A program made the position numbers and the translations under genes. A model generated the notes under the pieces. It was not told where the DNA came from, ran no database searches, and saw nothing but the letters and a program-made list of their open reading frames with translations. Below, piece after piece: positions 49,253-62,782 of a DNA stretch of 64,000 nucleotides. The stretch's first letter is position 1. Every line of letters starts with the position of its first letter. Source of the DNA: Macrostomum hystrix (Eukaryota; Animalia; Platyhelminthes); the NCBI GenBank assembly GCA_950097015.1, contig CATNEN010000039.1:17732001-17796000 (forward strand), given 5' to 3'.

Positions 49253-51830
49253 TTATGGAATGGACACGATGAACTTCCAGGGCGAGTCAGTACCAGTCAG
49301 TTGACTCCAAATGTGCTCAGTTTCGATATTAACATCGCTGGCACCTTCCCGGACCCAGATGCCACGTGATACCGTGTGACCGCTGTTGACGAAATTTTCC
49401 ACAGTCTGCCTAGCGATGTCAAATTCGCCGAACTTCAGATAGACCAGCGCTTTCAGGCATTCTCTAGCTGTTCGAGCATAGTCAGGTATGACATTCATCA
49501 TGCGAAGTAAGCCGCCCATCTCCGATTGCTTGTCGTTTGTCAGGCAAAGCAGTAAATCTTTCACATGCTCAAACAGAGCAGAATACTCTTGATTAGCCGA
49601 GAAAGAGAAGCTCTTGGAGTCTATAGGGCAGCGTGGAATAAGCATGAAAGCATGGAACGTCATCAGCGCGTCCGACTCTAACGCTCGCAACTGTCGCATG
49701 TACTCCGTCAGCTCTCTATTCAAGTTGCCAATCACGCTGCGCACAATTTTGGCCACGCTTTCTCGTTTCGGCCCGTCCCTGTGCAGCTGCAGGACTGTGT
49801 CGCTCAGAAAGAAATGCGGCATACAGTCGTGCGGTGTGACATCTGGGTATTGTCTCTCTCAATGCATGGCTAAATTCTCCAACGCTGTTCTCACCAGAAA
49901 TATTATATTTTCTGGCACCCATTGCTCGTTTGGTATGTCGTGCATCATTCGAAACACAATTGAGTCTTCATGTGGTATGACTTTAGTCCACGTTTGTACT
50001 TATTAACATCCCGCTTTGCCAGATGTTTAAGAATGGTTAGAACCTGGCCCTGAACATCGTTCAGACGTCTGGTGTCATGTTTGTGCTGTGAGCCTCTTGA
50101 ACAGGATTGGCAACAGCTGCCAGTTAGAAGCTCAATGATTTCTGGGTGGCCATTCTGAGCCGCAAAGTGCAGGGGAGCGTTTCCGACCTCAAGTTCGCAT
50201 CTTACATCAGCTCTGCCCTTAATCAGCAGGCTTACAATATCAGAATGACCCATAACGAGTGGCAACGTGCAGAGGAGTCCAATCGTGTCTTCCTTTGTGA
50301 TTATCGCTCGCCCCGTGCTCAACCAGCAGCCGAGCAACTTCTGTTCGGCCGAGATGCGAAGCGAAATGAAGGGAAGTCCAGCCTTCGCTCGATGTGGCGT
50401 CAATCTCAGCCTTTAATTGTAGTCCAGCAGCAGTTGAACGATCTTCAAGAAGCCCCTGTCAGAAGCGTAGTGAAGTGGAACGCCGCTCCTTGTGCTCTTG
50501 TGCAATTTAACATTGCAGCCAGCCTCTAGAAGTGCTTTCACAACTTCAGTGTGGCCGGAGTCTGCAGCCGCGTGAAGTGGCGTCATGCCATCATTGCCTT
50601 GAATGTTGGGCTCCGTTCTCTTGCATTCGACTAGCAGTTTCATGGCTTTGATCTGTCCCCGGTGGGCCGCAAAGTACAGCGGTGTGCGGCCCCGGCAGTT
50701 CCGCGAATTGACACAAATTCTTTTCTTATCTACGAGTAATAATAGCTTGACAATGTCTGCATGAGTGGCCATTGTCAGCCGCAAGATAAAGTGCGCAACC
50801 CTGCTTGTCAGTGACGTTGGCATTGAACCTCTCCTGTAGCAGCAACTGCACGACCTCTTTACAATCGTTGTTACACGCGATGTGAAACGGCGTCTGACCT
50901 TTGTTATTGGCTAGACTAATAAGAGCGCCGGCTTTTAGCAGTGCGAACACAACGTATAGGTATTGTTGCTAGCGGCTGCCAAAAACAGGGCAGTCTGAAT
51001 CTCTCCTGCAGTCTTATATCGTTATCCTTCGAGTTAAGATCCACTCCTTCGTCTATAAGACGCCTAACAAGGGACTTGAATTGCGCCAAATGAAGCTCGG
51101 TCTTTCCATCTCTCCGTCTGAGGCTGCAGTTGGCCCGGGCAGATTCAATCAGCCATAGGGTCAGGTCTCTTTTATTCTTCAGACAGGCAAAATGAAGCGG
51201 CATCCTACCGTCTGCTGTCTGCTGGTTCACATCAGCGCCGGCATCCACGAGCAGCTTGGCGGCTTCCAGATGGCCTTGGTCGGCAGCGTGATGGCAGGAT
51301 GGCAGGGTGACAGCTGGTTCTGAGTCCTGATGCTTACATCGATTACTGGCGACGATAAGAGGAGCCGCATAGCGAGCAGCGAGTTCTTCTGTGCGGCAAA
51401 GTGCAGCGGCGCTGCGCCTTTCTTGAGGAGGTAATCCACCAGGTCGTCTCTGTTGTACCTGGCAGCAGTGGCAGCAGAGTGTATTGAGTTCCTTGCTTCT
51501 TGCACTCAACATCGCCGCTGGTTTCAAGCCAGCGAAGCAGCTTGGCATGCCGCTGTGGGCAGTTTGACTGAATTCTTTGATGCAGCAATGGTATTAACTC
51601 TACTTTGGAACTGCTGGCGCAGAAGCGTAGATGAGTTCGCAGCCAAGCTATGGCTTGGTTGGCGACGTACTTTAGCGACGCGATAGCGACGTCGCGGCGA
51701 CGTAATTGCTTTTACTGGGCCTGCCACGCATCCCCAAACGCTTTCATGGTGTCCTTCCATAGAAGTAACTCGAAAATGTACCGAGCAGATTGTAGGCCAC
51801 GTTTCGATGACGATTTTCTTGAAACGCAAC
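49253..51830 (-). pseudogene. Intronless ankyrin-repeat protein fused to a Mab-21/cGAS-like C-lobe, many frameshifts and stops
   Basis: ANK motifs (GMTPLHAAADSGHTEVVKALL, GRTPLYFAA, APLHFAAQNGHPEII) spread over at least 5 ORF fragments; then LTILKHL...LKSYHMKT-(frameshift)-IVF...W...CMPHFF. Confidence 0.75.
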
Positions 51831-53599
51831 TACTACTGCAGTGTACGTTGCAAGTTACCATTGCAAGTAACCAAAGTTTTTAGTTTGTTATAATTATTAT
51901 TTGAATACATCGAAAGTGCACATCGCTTCTCGAAGTTAGCAAATTTAGCCGGCATTAAAAAGGCCTTTCACTACTGACAAATTATTTTACGAGTATGTTA
52001 ATAATAAATGTTAAACGTCAACAATAACGGTTTTCTAGAAAAAAAACACTAATTTGGCTTGCAAGTATAACCTCGTAGTATTGAAAACTTTAAAACGTTA
52101 AATAAAAAGAAAAGCTTTGTAATTAATTCGTTAAACTCGGAAATTTAACTGTGAAAAAACAGTTTTCTTCAAGTACGAGTAATAAAGTTGCAACACTTTA
52201 GTGATATTTGACCTATACTTATTGATGCTGCAGACAGATTCAAAGAAACGGCGGAACTGATGCTGGTATTCCAACCAGCACGACAGCTCGAGCCTATTTG
52301 ATATTCGCTCGGGCAATGTCCAAATAAGAAAAAGTATGAGACCCGACTTATTACGTTTTTGTGAGGCTCTGATAAGCTTAAATACGAATACAAACTAATT
52401 TTCCGCTTCTACTGGGGGCCTTTGGCTCCGCCCATGTCAGGTAGTTGTTTCCGATCAAGGCATAATTGCTATTGCCCGCATACATAGTCGTACTACCCGT
52501 TTCTTCATCATCTTAATATTTCCTTATTTGCAGATTTTTTGTCAAAATCACCCAGTCAGATTGTAGCGTCAAATTTCAGAAGTGGCACATCAGTAAAGCA
52601 ACTCTACCATAATACTAATGTATGAGGGAGCAATTACTGCTGGACAATTACGGCTGGGCTCTAACAGTTGAATACCCACGGGAGGTATTTCAAACGCCCT
52701 CATTTCTCGATATCTCCCAAAATATTCAACCAGTCGCCCTGAAAATCCAGAACACGGACTAAAATTTTCTGCTCTATCTGATGTAACAATTCCAGAATCA
52801 CGAAACATCGGCATAGTCGAGATATTCAAAGATTGTCGTCCGGATGTCTGGTGGCTAAAAGCACCAATATAGGCGCAGTTTTTCTGCTCACAAAATTTAG
52901 TTATGTAACCATGTCGGCTATGTTATTGAACCAATATGGATTCACCACAGAGGTTTATACAGAGCAATGCTAATTGTCATTGTCACGAGGGTCTTAGTCA
53001 AGAATCGCTGAATATCTCGACGATGCTCATGACGTCGGACGGCTTTGAAAGTTCGTTCGTCGTAAAGGGGCGATTGATCCATATGGTGGACTTTCAGGAA
53101 AGTCGGTCATTCAGTTTGGGAGCTATCGTGCAGTACGTAGTCTTTCTACTGTTAAAAGTTGATTACAAGACTATAGAAGTTGCACAGTATCAGATGCGTT
53201 TCCTAAGGTAATTTTTATTTGAGCCAATCAGATTAACGAGATCGGCCTATCTATTCATCGAGATGGACACGGCGATTCGGACACGGCAGCTCAAATGCTT
53301 ATAGAGATAAATTCTCTCCTAGTCCTAGTTGATGGTAAATTTCATATTGCAGACACAATAAAATTTGTTTTTAAGCCTTCATATCCTTATACATGGTCAT
53401 GGTCAAAATCGAATTATTGATTTTATGCACAATGGTGCAGCTTACACAAACCGCGCTGCCGACTTACCGACCAGTTCTCGACACAACGACAGTAAGATAT
53501 TTAGTGTCTTTGTGTTTTAAATATTAATAAATGACAATCACAAGATTGCTGCTTGCACATTGACCCCCGAGCGCACATTCACACAGGGGGTGTACATGC

Positions 53600-53752
53600 G
53601 TCTGCCCTAACTTTCTCATAGTCTGGCTGTGTACACTATTCACTGTGCCTTGAGGATGGCCCTCGTGGGGGCTTAAACTGCGCAACAGGCCATGTTATAA
53701 AGTGGCCTCGCCGCGGATTCGAGCTTAGGGACTTCGGTGCGAGTCACTCACT
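53600..53752 (-). mobile_element. Partial SINE copy
   Basis: GTGGCCTCGCCGCGGATTCGAGCTTAGGGACTTCGGTGCGAG is the reverse complement of the SINE head. Confidence 0.55.
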
Positions 53753-54425
53753 CCTGCACATCGTCTCTATGCTAGCCTTCGCAACTACTCGTAATATTTG
53801 TTAGTAGAAAGTTAATCAATAAATTTCATGTCTCTATGAAACAGCAGCGCTCAGAAACTCAATTTCATGATTTAACAATTTTCAGAAGAACATTGTTTGC
53901 GAATCGAGTAACGCAGTTGTCGACACGAATACTGGCGTCTTTAGTGCTCAAATATTTGGCTCGAAAATGATGAATCAAAATTTCGAATGGACAAACCATC
54001 ACGCTGCAATGCTACGCCTGCTCGGATTCATTTCGGTGCTGCCCGTACTAGTCGATGTTGCAATTGTCTCACTGTACTTTTACATACTTGTCGGAAATGC
54101 TTTGTTCAACGCATTCGAGGTTGGACCTCGTCCAGCACTAACTCTACCAAGCAGAAGATCTGGAAGGCACAATACGAGTAGAATAATTAAGCACAGTCGC
54201 TAGCGAATAGAAGTAACTGGCGAATACGTTTAAGCCATAGACAAAAAACTGTTGGACCGTCGATTTTAGTTAATTTCATTATAACTTCGTGTAAAAAAAC
54301 TATTTTCGCAAAAAGTGATGCATGAACTCTGGAGGTAAAATTATATATATCTGATTACGCAGTTAAAAATTCTTGCATGGCCTTTGCATCTACAACTTTC
54401 AATCTAGTGCACTAGCCGGATAAAT

Positions 54426-55032
54426 CTTGTTCTTGAATCCTCAAATATCGCCAGCTTGTTCTTGAATCCTCAAATATCCCCAGCTTGTTCTTGAATCCTC
54501 AAATATCCCCAGCTTGATCTTGAATCCTCAAATATCCCCAGCTTGATCTTTAATCCTCCTGCAAATATCCCCAGCATGATCTTGAATCCTCAAATATCCC
54601 CAGCTTGATCTTGAATCCTCAAATATCCCCAGCTTGATCTTTAATCCTCAAATATCCCCAGCATGATCTTGAATCCTCAAATATTCCCAGCTTGATCTTG
54701 AATCCTCAAATATTCCCAGCTTGATCTTTAATCCTCAAATATTCCCAGCTTGATCTTGAATCCTCAAATATTCCCAGCTTGATCTTGAATCCTCAAATAT
54801 CCCCAGCTTGATCTTGAATCCTCAAATATCCCCAGCTTGATCTTGAATCCTCAAATATCCCCAGCTTGATCTTTAATCCTCAAATATCCCCAGCATGATC
54901 TTGAATCCTCAAATATCCCCAGCTTGATCTTTAATCCTCAAATATCCCCAGCATGATCTTGAATCCTCAAATATCCTCAGTTTAATATTAAATCCTCAAA
55001 TATTTCCATCTTGATCTTAACTCCTCAAATAT
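54426..55032. repeat. 29-bp minisatellite (CTTGAATCCTCAAATATCCCCAGCTTGAT)n
   Basis: Tandem repeat. Confidence 0.93.
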
Positions 55033-55409
55033 CACAGCTAGACAGGTTTTACGTATTCAATTATGTATTTCTGTCTCCACGGTGCAACCAGCCTGTGAAA
55101 GCGGCAGCAGCTCTCAAATCTTGTAAATGGTTGCTTAAGCGTTTTGACATATTCTTGCATTAAAGAGTAAAGAAGAGTTTTAGATTTAATGGGAGAAAAT
55201 CGCTTGCACATCAAATTTACAAGTGATTTGTGCATTTGCGCTTAAACAACAAGTTACCAGACCTGACAACAGCTGCTGCCGCTCTCACAGGCTGTGCACT
55301 GATATGCAAACCTTCGCGCATGTCTATATCATATTTAGTATTATAAAATAAGTCTAAAAACAGCGCTCCTGAAGCACTAAATCTTGCCTTTCAACAACCA
55401 CATTGCAAA

Positions 55410-57240
55410 ATGAGGACCATGCAACTCCGACTGTCGCTGATTCGATTGGCGATCAGCAGCTGCCTGCTGGCCGTGGCCCTGGCGGCTCCGGGCAGATCGC
55501 CGATTCCCACTGACGAGTCGGCCAATCGCTACATCGACCTGGTGATGGAGAAGCTCGGCCCTCACCTGCGCGAAAATAACATGGACCCGCTGCCTCTGGA
55601 CAACCTGGTGATAGGCTTCTCCAAGAAGATCCTGCTCGTCACCGTGAGTGGCAGCATCGGCCTGACTGACGGCCGCATGTACGGCATATCGACCATGCAT
55701 CGGGCCGGCGACTGCAGCATCGAGTCACAGGGCAACACACTCATCGTGGGCGCCAAGGTACATTTGCACAGGAATCAAGAGGCTGCTCAAACACTGAGTA
55801 TTTGAGAGGCTGCTCTGAACCCTGAGTATTTGAGAGGCTGCTCTGAACCCTGAGTATTTGAGAGGCTGCTCTGAACCCTGAGTATTTGAGAGGCTGCTCT
55901 GAACCCTGAGTATTTGAGAGGCTGCTCTGAACCCTGAGTATTTGAGAGGCTGCTCTGAACCCTGAGTATTTGAGAGGCTGCGCAATCATTGAGGATTTGA
56001 GTGGCTGCTCAACCATTGAGGACTTAAGTGGATGCTCAACCATTTAGAGGATTTGAGTGGCTGCTCAACCAATGAGGATTTGAGTGGCTGCTCAACCAGT
56101 GATGATTTGAGTGGCTGCTCAACCAATGAGGATTTGAGTGGCTGCTCAACCAATGATGATTTGAGTGGCTGCTCAACCAATGAGGATTTGAGTGGCTGCT
56201 CAACCAATGATGATTTAAGTGGCTGCTCAACCAATGAGGATTTGAGTGAATGCTCAACCATTTAGAGGATTTGAGTGGATGCTCAACCATTTAGAGGATT
56301 TGAGTGGATGCTCAACCAATGAGGATTTGAGTGGCTGCTCAACCATTTAGAGGATTTGAGTGGCTGCTCAACCATTTAGAGGATTTGAGTTGATGCTCAA
56401 CCATTGAGGATTTGAGTGGCTGCTCAACCAATGATGATTTGAGTGGCTGCTCAACCAATGAGGATTTGAGTGGCTGCTCAACCAATGAGGATTTGAGTTG
56501 CTGCTCAACCAATGAGGATTTGAGTGACTGCTCAACCAATGAGGATTTGAGTGGCTGCTCAACCAATGAGGATTTGAGTGGCTGCTCAACCAATGATGAT
56601 TTGAGTGGCTGCTCAACCAATGAGGATTTGAGTGGCTGCTCAACCATTTAGAGGATTTGAGTGGCTGCTCAACCATTTAGAGGATTTGAGTGGCTGCTCA
56701 ACCATCGAGGATTGGAAAGGCTGCTCAGTGTAAGTGTCCAATCAAGGGTGTTGGGTTTACATGCGAGATTGCATGTTGGAGGGTTGCGGCTAAAATAGAA
56801 AATGGATCTCGGAAAGCAGATTAGACCAGATCGACAAGACTTTAGTCAGACAATGCCCCCCTGCAGTGAAGACACTCCTCGCCCTTCCACCGCCGCAGAT
56901 CGGTGTCAACGACGTGTGGGGCGCCTTCAACGGCCGCGCCGAGTTCATGGGCATCGGAGTGAACGTCAAGCTCAGTCTGGCCGTAGACAGCGTCAAAGTG
57001 GACGCCCGCATCAGCGCCAGCCTGGGCTCCGGCTCGAGCCCGGACCTGCAGGAGTTCTCCATCTCCAGCCTGTCGCCAATCACGGTGCGGTTTAGCGGCC
57101 TCGGGCCGCTGGACTGGATCATCAACCCGGTGACCAACGTGTTAGTGAATGTGGTGCGCGGCATCCTGGTCAAGGTCATCGAGGTTTTCGTGCGCTTCCA
57201 GGTGCAGAAGGTGCTGCAGGGCGTCACACTGCCTCTGTAG
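55410..57240 (+). CDS. Secreted TULIP-superfamily lipid-binding protein (Der p 7/group-7 allergen-like); exons 55410-55757 and 56899-57240 (229 aa)
   Basis: Signal peptide; ANRYIDLV...MDPLPL...G.I.LTDG...GISTMHRAGDC; phase-0 GT-AG intron; strong GC3 bias. Confidence 0.75.
55778..55981. repeat. 28-bp minisatellite (GAGAGGCTGCTCTGAACCCTGAGTATTT)n
   Basis: Tandem repeat in intron. Confidence 0.9.
55987..56726. repeat. 27-bp minisatellite (GAGGATTTGAGTGGCTGCTCAACCAAT)n
   Basis: Tandem repeat; shares TTTGAG-GGCTGCTC with the adjacent 28-bp array. Confidence 0.9.
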
Positions 57241-59109
57241 GCCCAAGAGAGAAATACAAATATGCATATATGCAAATAGGCTTCTCGCCTTCTTTCTCGG
57301 TAATAAGACAAGCAATAGGCATTGAGTTCGATTCCGATTTTCGACATTGTAGACCATAGAAACAGATGCGTTTACACCCAGGACTATATTATTTTTTAAC
57401 AATGTAATTGTGTATATTTTAAGAACTAAACAATGAACCTAGACATAGTATACAGAGGCAACCGCATTGTAAAGGATCGACAAATCAAATAAAAAACCAT
57501 AGACTTGTTCGCATACTCAATAAATAGCCCTGGAAGTGTGAGCCTATTTTGTTATTGGTCGGTATAGCGCGTGGTTCTGTCTACTTTTAGAACAGTGCGA
57601 ATTCACTCCTGGCCGGTCCGGGCCAGCCAGGTGGGCAGACGCCAACCAGCACGACAACTCTACCCCTGGGCTGGAGTCCCGGCCAATCAGATTGTGATCT
57701 GGCCTCGCTGAATTTCTACCCCGGCGAGAAACCACCCTAAAGGTTATATGAAGTGGGGGCTATTTGTCTAGGGCTATTTGTCAAATATTTACAGCTCGTA
57801 TGCTGCAGTTTGATTCTCAGCCGATAATGTAATGATATTATCGCCCTCAGCCATACGAATTTATCGATCATCAAGAATCAAGAAAACGATAACAATTTTT
57901 TATGTTAACAATTATTTTATTTATTCTATTTAATTGAGACACTGCATACTGTTTTCTTTTTATTTTCAATCCTTATTTAATTTGGATTTGCGCATTCGCC
58001 CGTGAAATTTAACTATTTACTACGGGGCAGGCAAACTATCAGCGGGCAAACTGCAGCGGGTAAACGTCGGTGGGAAAATGGCCAGCTGCCAAACGGGGGG
58101 TATATTCCGGTCGAGCGCATTCCTTAAAATAAATCCCCGGAAAAAAACATTTTTAGCTTTGGTAAATCGATGCTTTGTAGACTAGAAAGTAGCAGAAGTA
58201 AAATTTTTACGCATCGCAATAAATGCTTTATATTTTGTATAACTATAAATTTAAAAAAACGCTTTGTTTAAACAGTAAACTAACAACGCACTCAAGGGTG
58301 CCAAATCAACTTTTGGTTCTTATGTTTTTTATTAAACGTGTGTACATATTTTATAAAATACATGCCTTGTGATTTGCTACAATAGAGAGTACAGCCTACA
58401 TAGTGAACAAGGGCTGTGTATCTAAAATAAGAATAAAGCGTAATATTAAAATTTCTATTTGCAAATTAATTCTTTTAATTTGTATAAACACATCAGATTT
58501 TGTTGCTTTTCTTTTGTTTCTCATCTTTCAGGTTTTAATGTGTATATCCATGCCCATGGCAATGACTGGGGAGCAAATGAAATACTAAATACATGCAGTG
58601 ATCCAGCCAATACTGTTATTTAGATTAATAAAAATTGTTTCTAGCTATGAGCATCACATATCTAATATATCTAATATCTAATAATCTAATACCTAATATA
58701 TAATATCTAATATATAATAATCTAATATCTAATATATCACAAATCTAATATATTAAAAAAAGACCATAAGCTTTGGCCCTGCTATGTTTGTGGCTATTTT
58801 TTAGAGTTTGCTAGTTATCTTGACTTTTATAGCTGACTATCCATATATTCTCTATTTTATTAAAAAGCTATTTATATTTAATTGACACAATCTAATAACT
58901 CAAGCTAGTCCTATACATTTAGCATTATTTCAAGCAGTTTAACATATTCTTTTCAAAGGACATAGAAAAAGGCCCCTCTTAATTCGTTTTTTATTAACAG
59001 TTATTTTTATATATCCTAAACGTAAACATAAATATTGTTATATATGCATTTTTATATAGATACTAGTCTAATAAATGCTCTAGTCTAAGATCTATATTCT
59101 ATATTTGTA

Positions 59110-59530
59110 AATTCTAGATTCCTAGAATCCACTTAAAATTCCTAGATTCTACTCTAGATTACAATAATACACCCTAGAGTTCTAGAATTAACTCTAGATT
59201 TTAGAATCTAGTCTAGATTCCTAGAATACACTTAAGATTCCTTGAATCCACTCTAGACTCCAATACTCCTAGAATCTACATAGATTCCTAGATTGCTGGA
59301 ATCCACTCGAATACTCGAGATTCTAGATTCCTAGAATCTACTCCAGATTCCTAGATTCCTAGAATCCACTTTAGATTCCTAGACTCCACTCTAGATTCCT
59401 ACAATACACTCTAGATGACTAGAATTCACTTAGAATTCCTAGAATCCACATAATTTTCCTAGAATCCACTCTCGATTTCAATAAGATTTCAATAATAAAC
59501 TCTAGATTCCTAGAATACACTCTCGATCCC
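59110..59530. repeat. Degenerate CTAGATTCCTAGAATCCACT-type repeat
   Basis: Recurrent CTAGATTCCTAGAAT. Confidence 0.7.
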
Positions 59531-59764
59531 TTAAATAGGACCAAAGATCCTTAAGGTGTAGGCCTACTCCAAATCCTTTGAAAAGTCATCCATCCATAGA
59601 ATCTACCTTGATTCATAGAATTGTCCAATTTTTTTATCATCTTATAAATTAACTATCACTTTCTGCAAATTCTAAGGAGTTATCCAGTCTTTTTGGAAAT
59701 AATATATATATATATATATTTATGTAAATGTTACTCTGAAAATATCACTGGCTTCAAATTTCAG

Positions 59765-62050
59765 GCCGAATTCGGTTCTGGAAATCTAAAATTCGTTGAA
59801 ACGTCCAGTCTGGACTCTTTCAGCGAGGCTCTTAGATTTCTGCATTTCGACAAAGCCAAAGAGATTATTGTAAGTTAGCGAGTTGGTAAATTAAAATTTG
59901 CTAATGATCATTATAGGCACTCAAAAGATGGTCTAACTAGGCTGAAATATTTTCCAACGACCTCTCGCTGCAATAACCTCCTAGCTTCTTATGACCTCTC
60001 GGTATATATGACCTCTCATCTACTATGACATTTCACCTGCTAGCCTAAGACCTCTTAACTCACATCCATTGACCTCTTTCCTTCAATTAAATATTACTTC
60101 AAATGACCGCTCACCTAAAATGACGCCTCATTTTATCTGTTCTTTTAACTATCATCTAGTAGGCAGCCATACCTCTGCTCTGTTATTTCTTTGTACACAG
60201 CTGTACTATAGCCTCCTCCCTTGTCTCCACCTCCCAAGGACAAGGAAATGGACCAAAACAAATCGGTTCTATCTCCGAATTGGCGCGCCTTTCTTAACTC
60301 CTGCTCAGACCTGTGCTCACACGAGAAGTCCTATTATAGCCTGGCCTATCTGCAGTCTAGGGCGCCAATTTTCGCGGTTCGCAAAGAGAACCTACGCGAC
60401 TCTTATCGCAGCTTGTCAGCTGAGCTTCAGCGCGTATCTCGAGCATCATCTGCAAAACTGGTTAGCCATGTCAGCGATCAGCTTGTTGAGTTTGTTCAGG
60501 CCCGCCTGGACCTCATGGATGTCTATGCGGTCCTGGCGTCGCAATCGTTGACTCAGCAGCAACAGTCAGCACAGTCGCAGCAGCAGGCTCTGCAGCAGCA
60601 GCAGTCGCGTTCTCGGGACTTAGTCATTAGCGATGTTGAAAAACTTATGCAGCATTATAAGGGCAAATTTCATCACCCAAAACTGGCTGGAATATCGAAT
60701 TGCTTTGAGTGAGTCCGATTTCCTGTAAAATTAGGATCTATAGATTCTTGTGTATAGATGTACTATCTGTAGATTGTAGTGTATAGATGTACCATCTATA
60801 GATTCTAGTGTATGGATGTACCGTCTATAGATTCTAGTGTATAGATGTACTATCTATAGATTCTTGTGTATAGATGTACTATCTGTAGATTGTAGTGTAT
60901 AGATGTACCATCTATAGATTCTTGTGTATAGATGTACTACTATCTGTAGATTGTAGTGTATAGATGTGCTGTCTATAGATTCTAGTGTATAGATATACTA
61001 TCTATAGATTCCAGTGTATAGATGTACTACTATCTGTAGATTGTAGTGTATAGATGTGCTGTCTATAGATTCTAGTGTATAGATATACTATCTATAGATT
61101 CCAGTGTATAGATATACTATCTATAGATTCCAGTTTATAGATATACTATCTATAGATTCCAGTGTATAGATGTACTATCTATAGATTCCAGTGTATAGAT
61201 ATACTATCTAAAGATTCCAGTTTATAGATATACTATCTATAGATTCCAGTGTATAGATATACTATCTATAGGTTCCAGTGTATAGATATACTATCTATAG
61301 ATTCCAGTGTATAGATATACTATCTATAGATTCCAGTTTATATATATACTATCTATAGATTCCAGTGTATAGATGTACTATCTATAGACTCTAGTGTATA
61401 GATTTTTTAGTCTTGATGACGGATCTCTATAGATTATTGAGTTTAGATGTAAGATGTCTCTAGATTCTAGAGTTTAGAAGTAGGATCTATCTAGATTCTA
61501 GAGTTTAGAAGTAGGATCTATCTAGATTCTAGAGTTTAGAAGTAGGATCTATCTAGATTCTAGAGTTTAGAAGTAGGATCTATCTAGATTCTAGAGTTTA
61601 GAAGTAGGATCTATCTAGATTCTAGAGTTTAGAAGTAGGATCTATAGATATTAATGTACAGGTGTTGAATCTATAGATTCTAGTGTGTAGATATAGATGT
61701 TCGATCTTTATAAATTCTAGACGTTAACGAGTAGATGTAGGATTTCTATAGATTCTTTTAGAAACGTTGGATCTCTAGATTAAGAGTTTAGATGCGGGAT
61801 CTGCATTGTTTAGAGTGGGATATTTATATTTTCGCCTTTGAATACTATCTCGTAGATTGAATGTTGTAATTATAGTTCATGTCAAGTTTGAATTAATGTT
61901 ACCTTGGTTTCCAGAGACGAAACGGAGATCCTATTCCACCTACTAAATGCCAGTGGAAGAATTAATAATCTTTACTTTCTTGAGTCTATGCTCAGCCTAC
62001 ACGAAGTTAACAATAGGCTGCTGGTTTGGCAGGATCAGGCTACTAAATAT
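59765..62050 (+). CDS. KICS2: KICSTOR subunit 2 (C12orf66), partial; exons 59765-59869, 60239-60708, 61915-62050; start and 3' exons not resolved
   Basis: FDKAKE, EKSYYSLAYL, RKENLRDSYRSL, SHVSDQLVEFVQARL, KFHHPKL, EILFHLLNA match the C12orf66 family as recalled; splice phases consistent. Confidence 0.85.
60736..61402. repeat. 29-bp minisatellite (TATAGATTCCAGTGTATAGATATACTATC)n
   Basis: Tandem repeat in KICS2 intron. Confidence 0.9.
61459..61646. repeat. 31-bp minisatellite (TAGATTCTAGAGTTTAGAAGTAGGATCTATC)n
   Basis: About 6 units. Confidence 0.9.
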
Positions 62051-62230
62051 GTAAGTCTGCATTGCATTGTATTGCATGCTAAAGTATTTGAGTATTTTCC
62101 AATGCTATGAATAAATATCTTAGTGCCATACCGTTTCCACCTATATTTAACAATTTGCAGTACCCCTTTTTACGGAGGGTCAAGGCTATACTAATCAGAC
62201 TTTATAGTCGTTTAAGGTTGGGTCAGAACT

Positions 62231-62782
62231 TCAGGGTTGGTTAAGCATATAGGCCTATTGTCCATCAGGGTTGGTTAAGCATATAGGCCTATTGTCCATC
62301 AGGGTTGGTTAAGCATATAGGCCTATTGTCCATCAGGGTTGGTTAAGCATATAGGCCCATTGTCCATCAGGGTTGGTTAAGCATATAGGCCCATTGTCCA
62401 TCAAGGATGGTTAAGCATATAGGCCTATTGTCCATCAGGGATGGTTAAGCATATAGGCCCATTGTCCATCAGGGTTGGTTAAGCATATAGGCCCATTGTC
62501 CATCAGGGTTGGTTAAGCATATAGGCCCATTGTCCATCAGGGTTGGTTAAGCATATAGGCCTATTGTCCATCAGGGTTGGTTAAGCATATAGGCCCATTG
62601 TCCATCAGGGTTGGGTGAGAATTGACCCATTGTCCTTCAGTGTTGGGTCAGCATTGACCTATTGTCATTCAGGTTGGGTCAGCATTGACCCATTGTCCAT
62701 AATTGTTGGGTCAGCATTGACCCATTGTCCATCATTGTTGGGTCAGCGTTGACCTATTGACCTTCAGTGTTGGGTCAGCATT
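62231..62782. repeat. 34-bp minisatellite (TCAGGGTTGGTTAAGCATATAGGCCTATTGTCCA)n with a degenerate 3' block
   Basis: Tandem repeat. Confidence 0.9.

Noticed and set aside
52810-53026. Short inverted repeat GTCGAGATATTCA / TGAATATCTCGAC
   Set aside because: Probably an old MITE remnant; boundaries and TSD cannot be defined.
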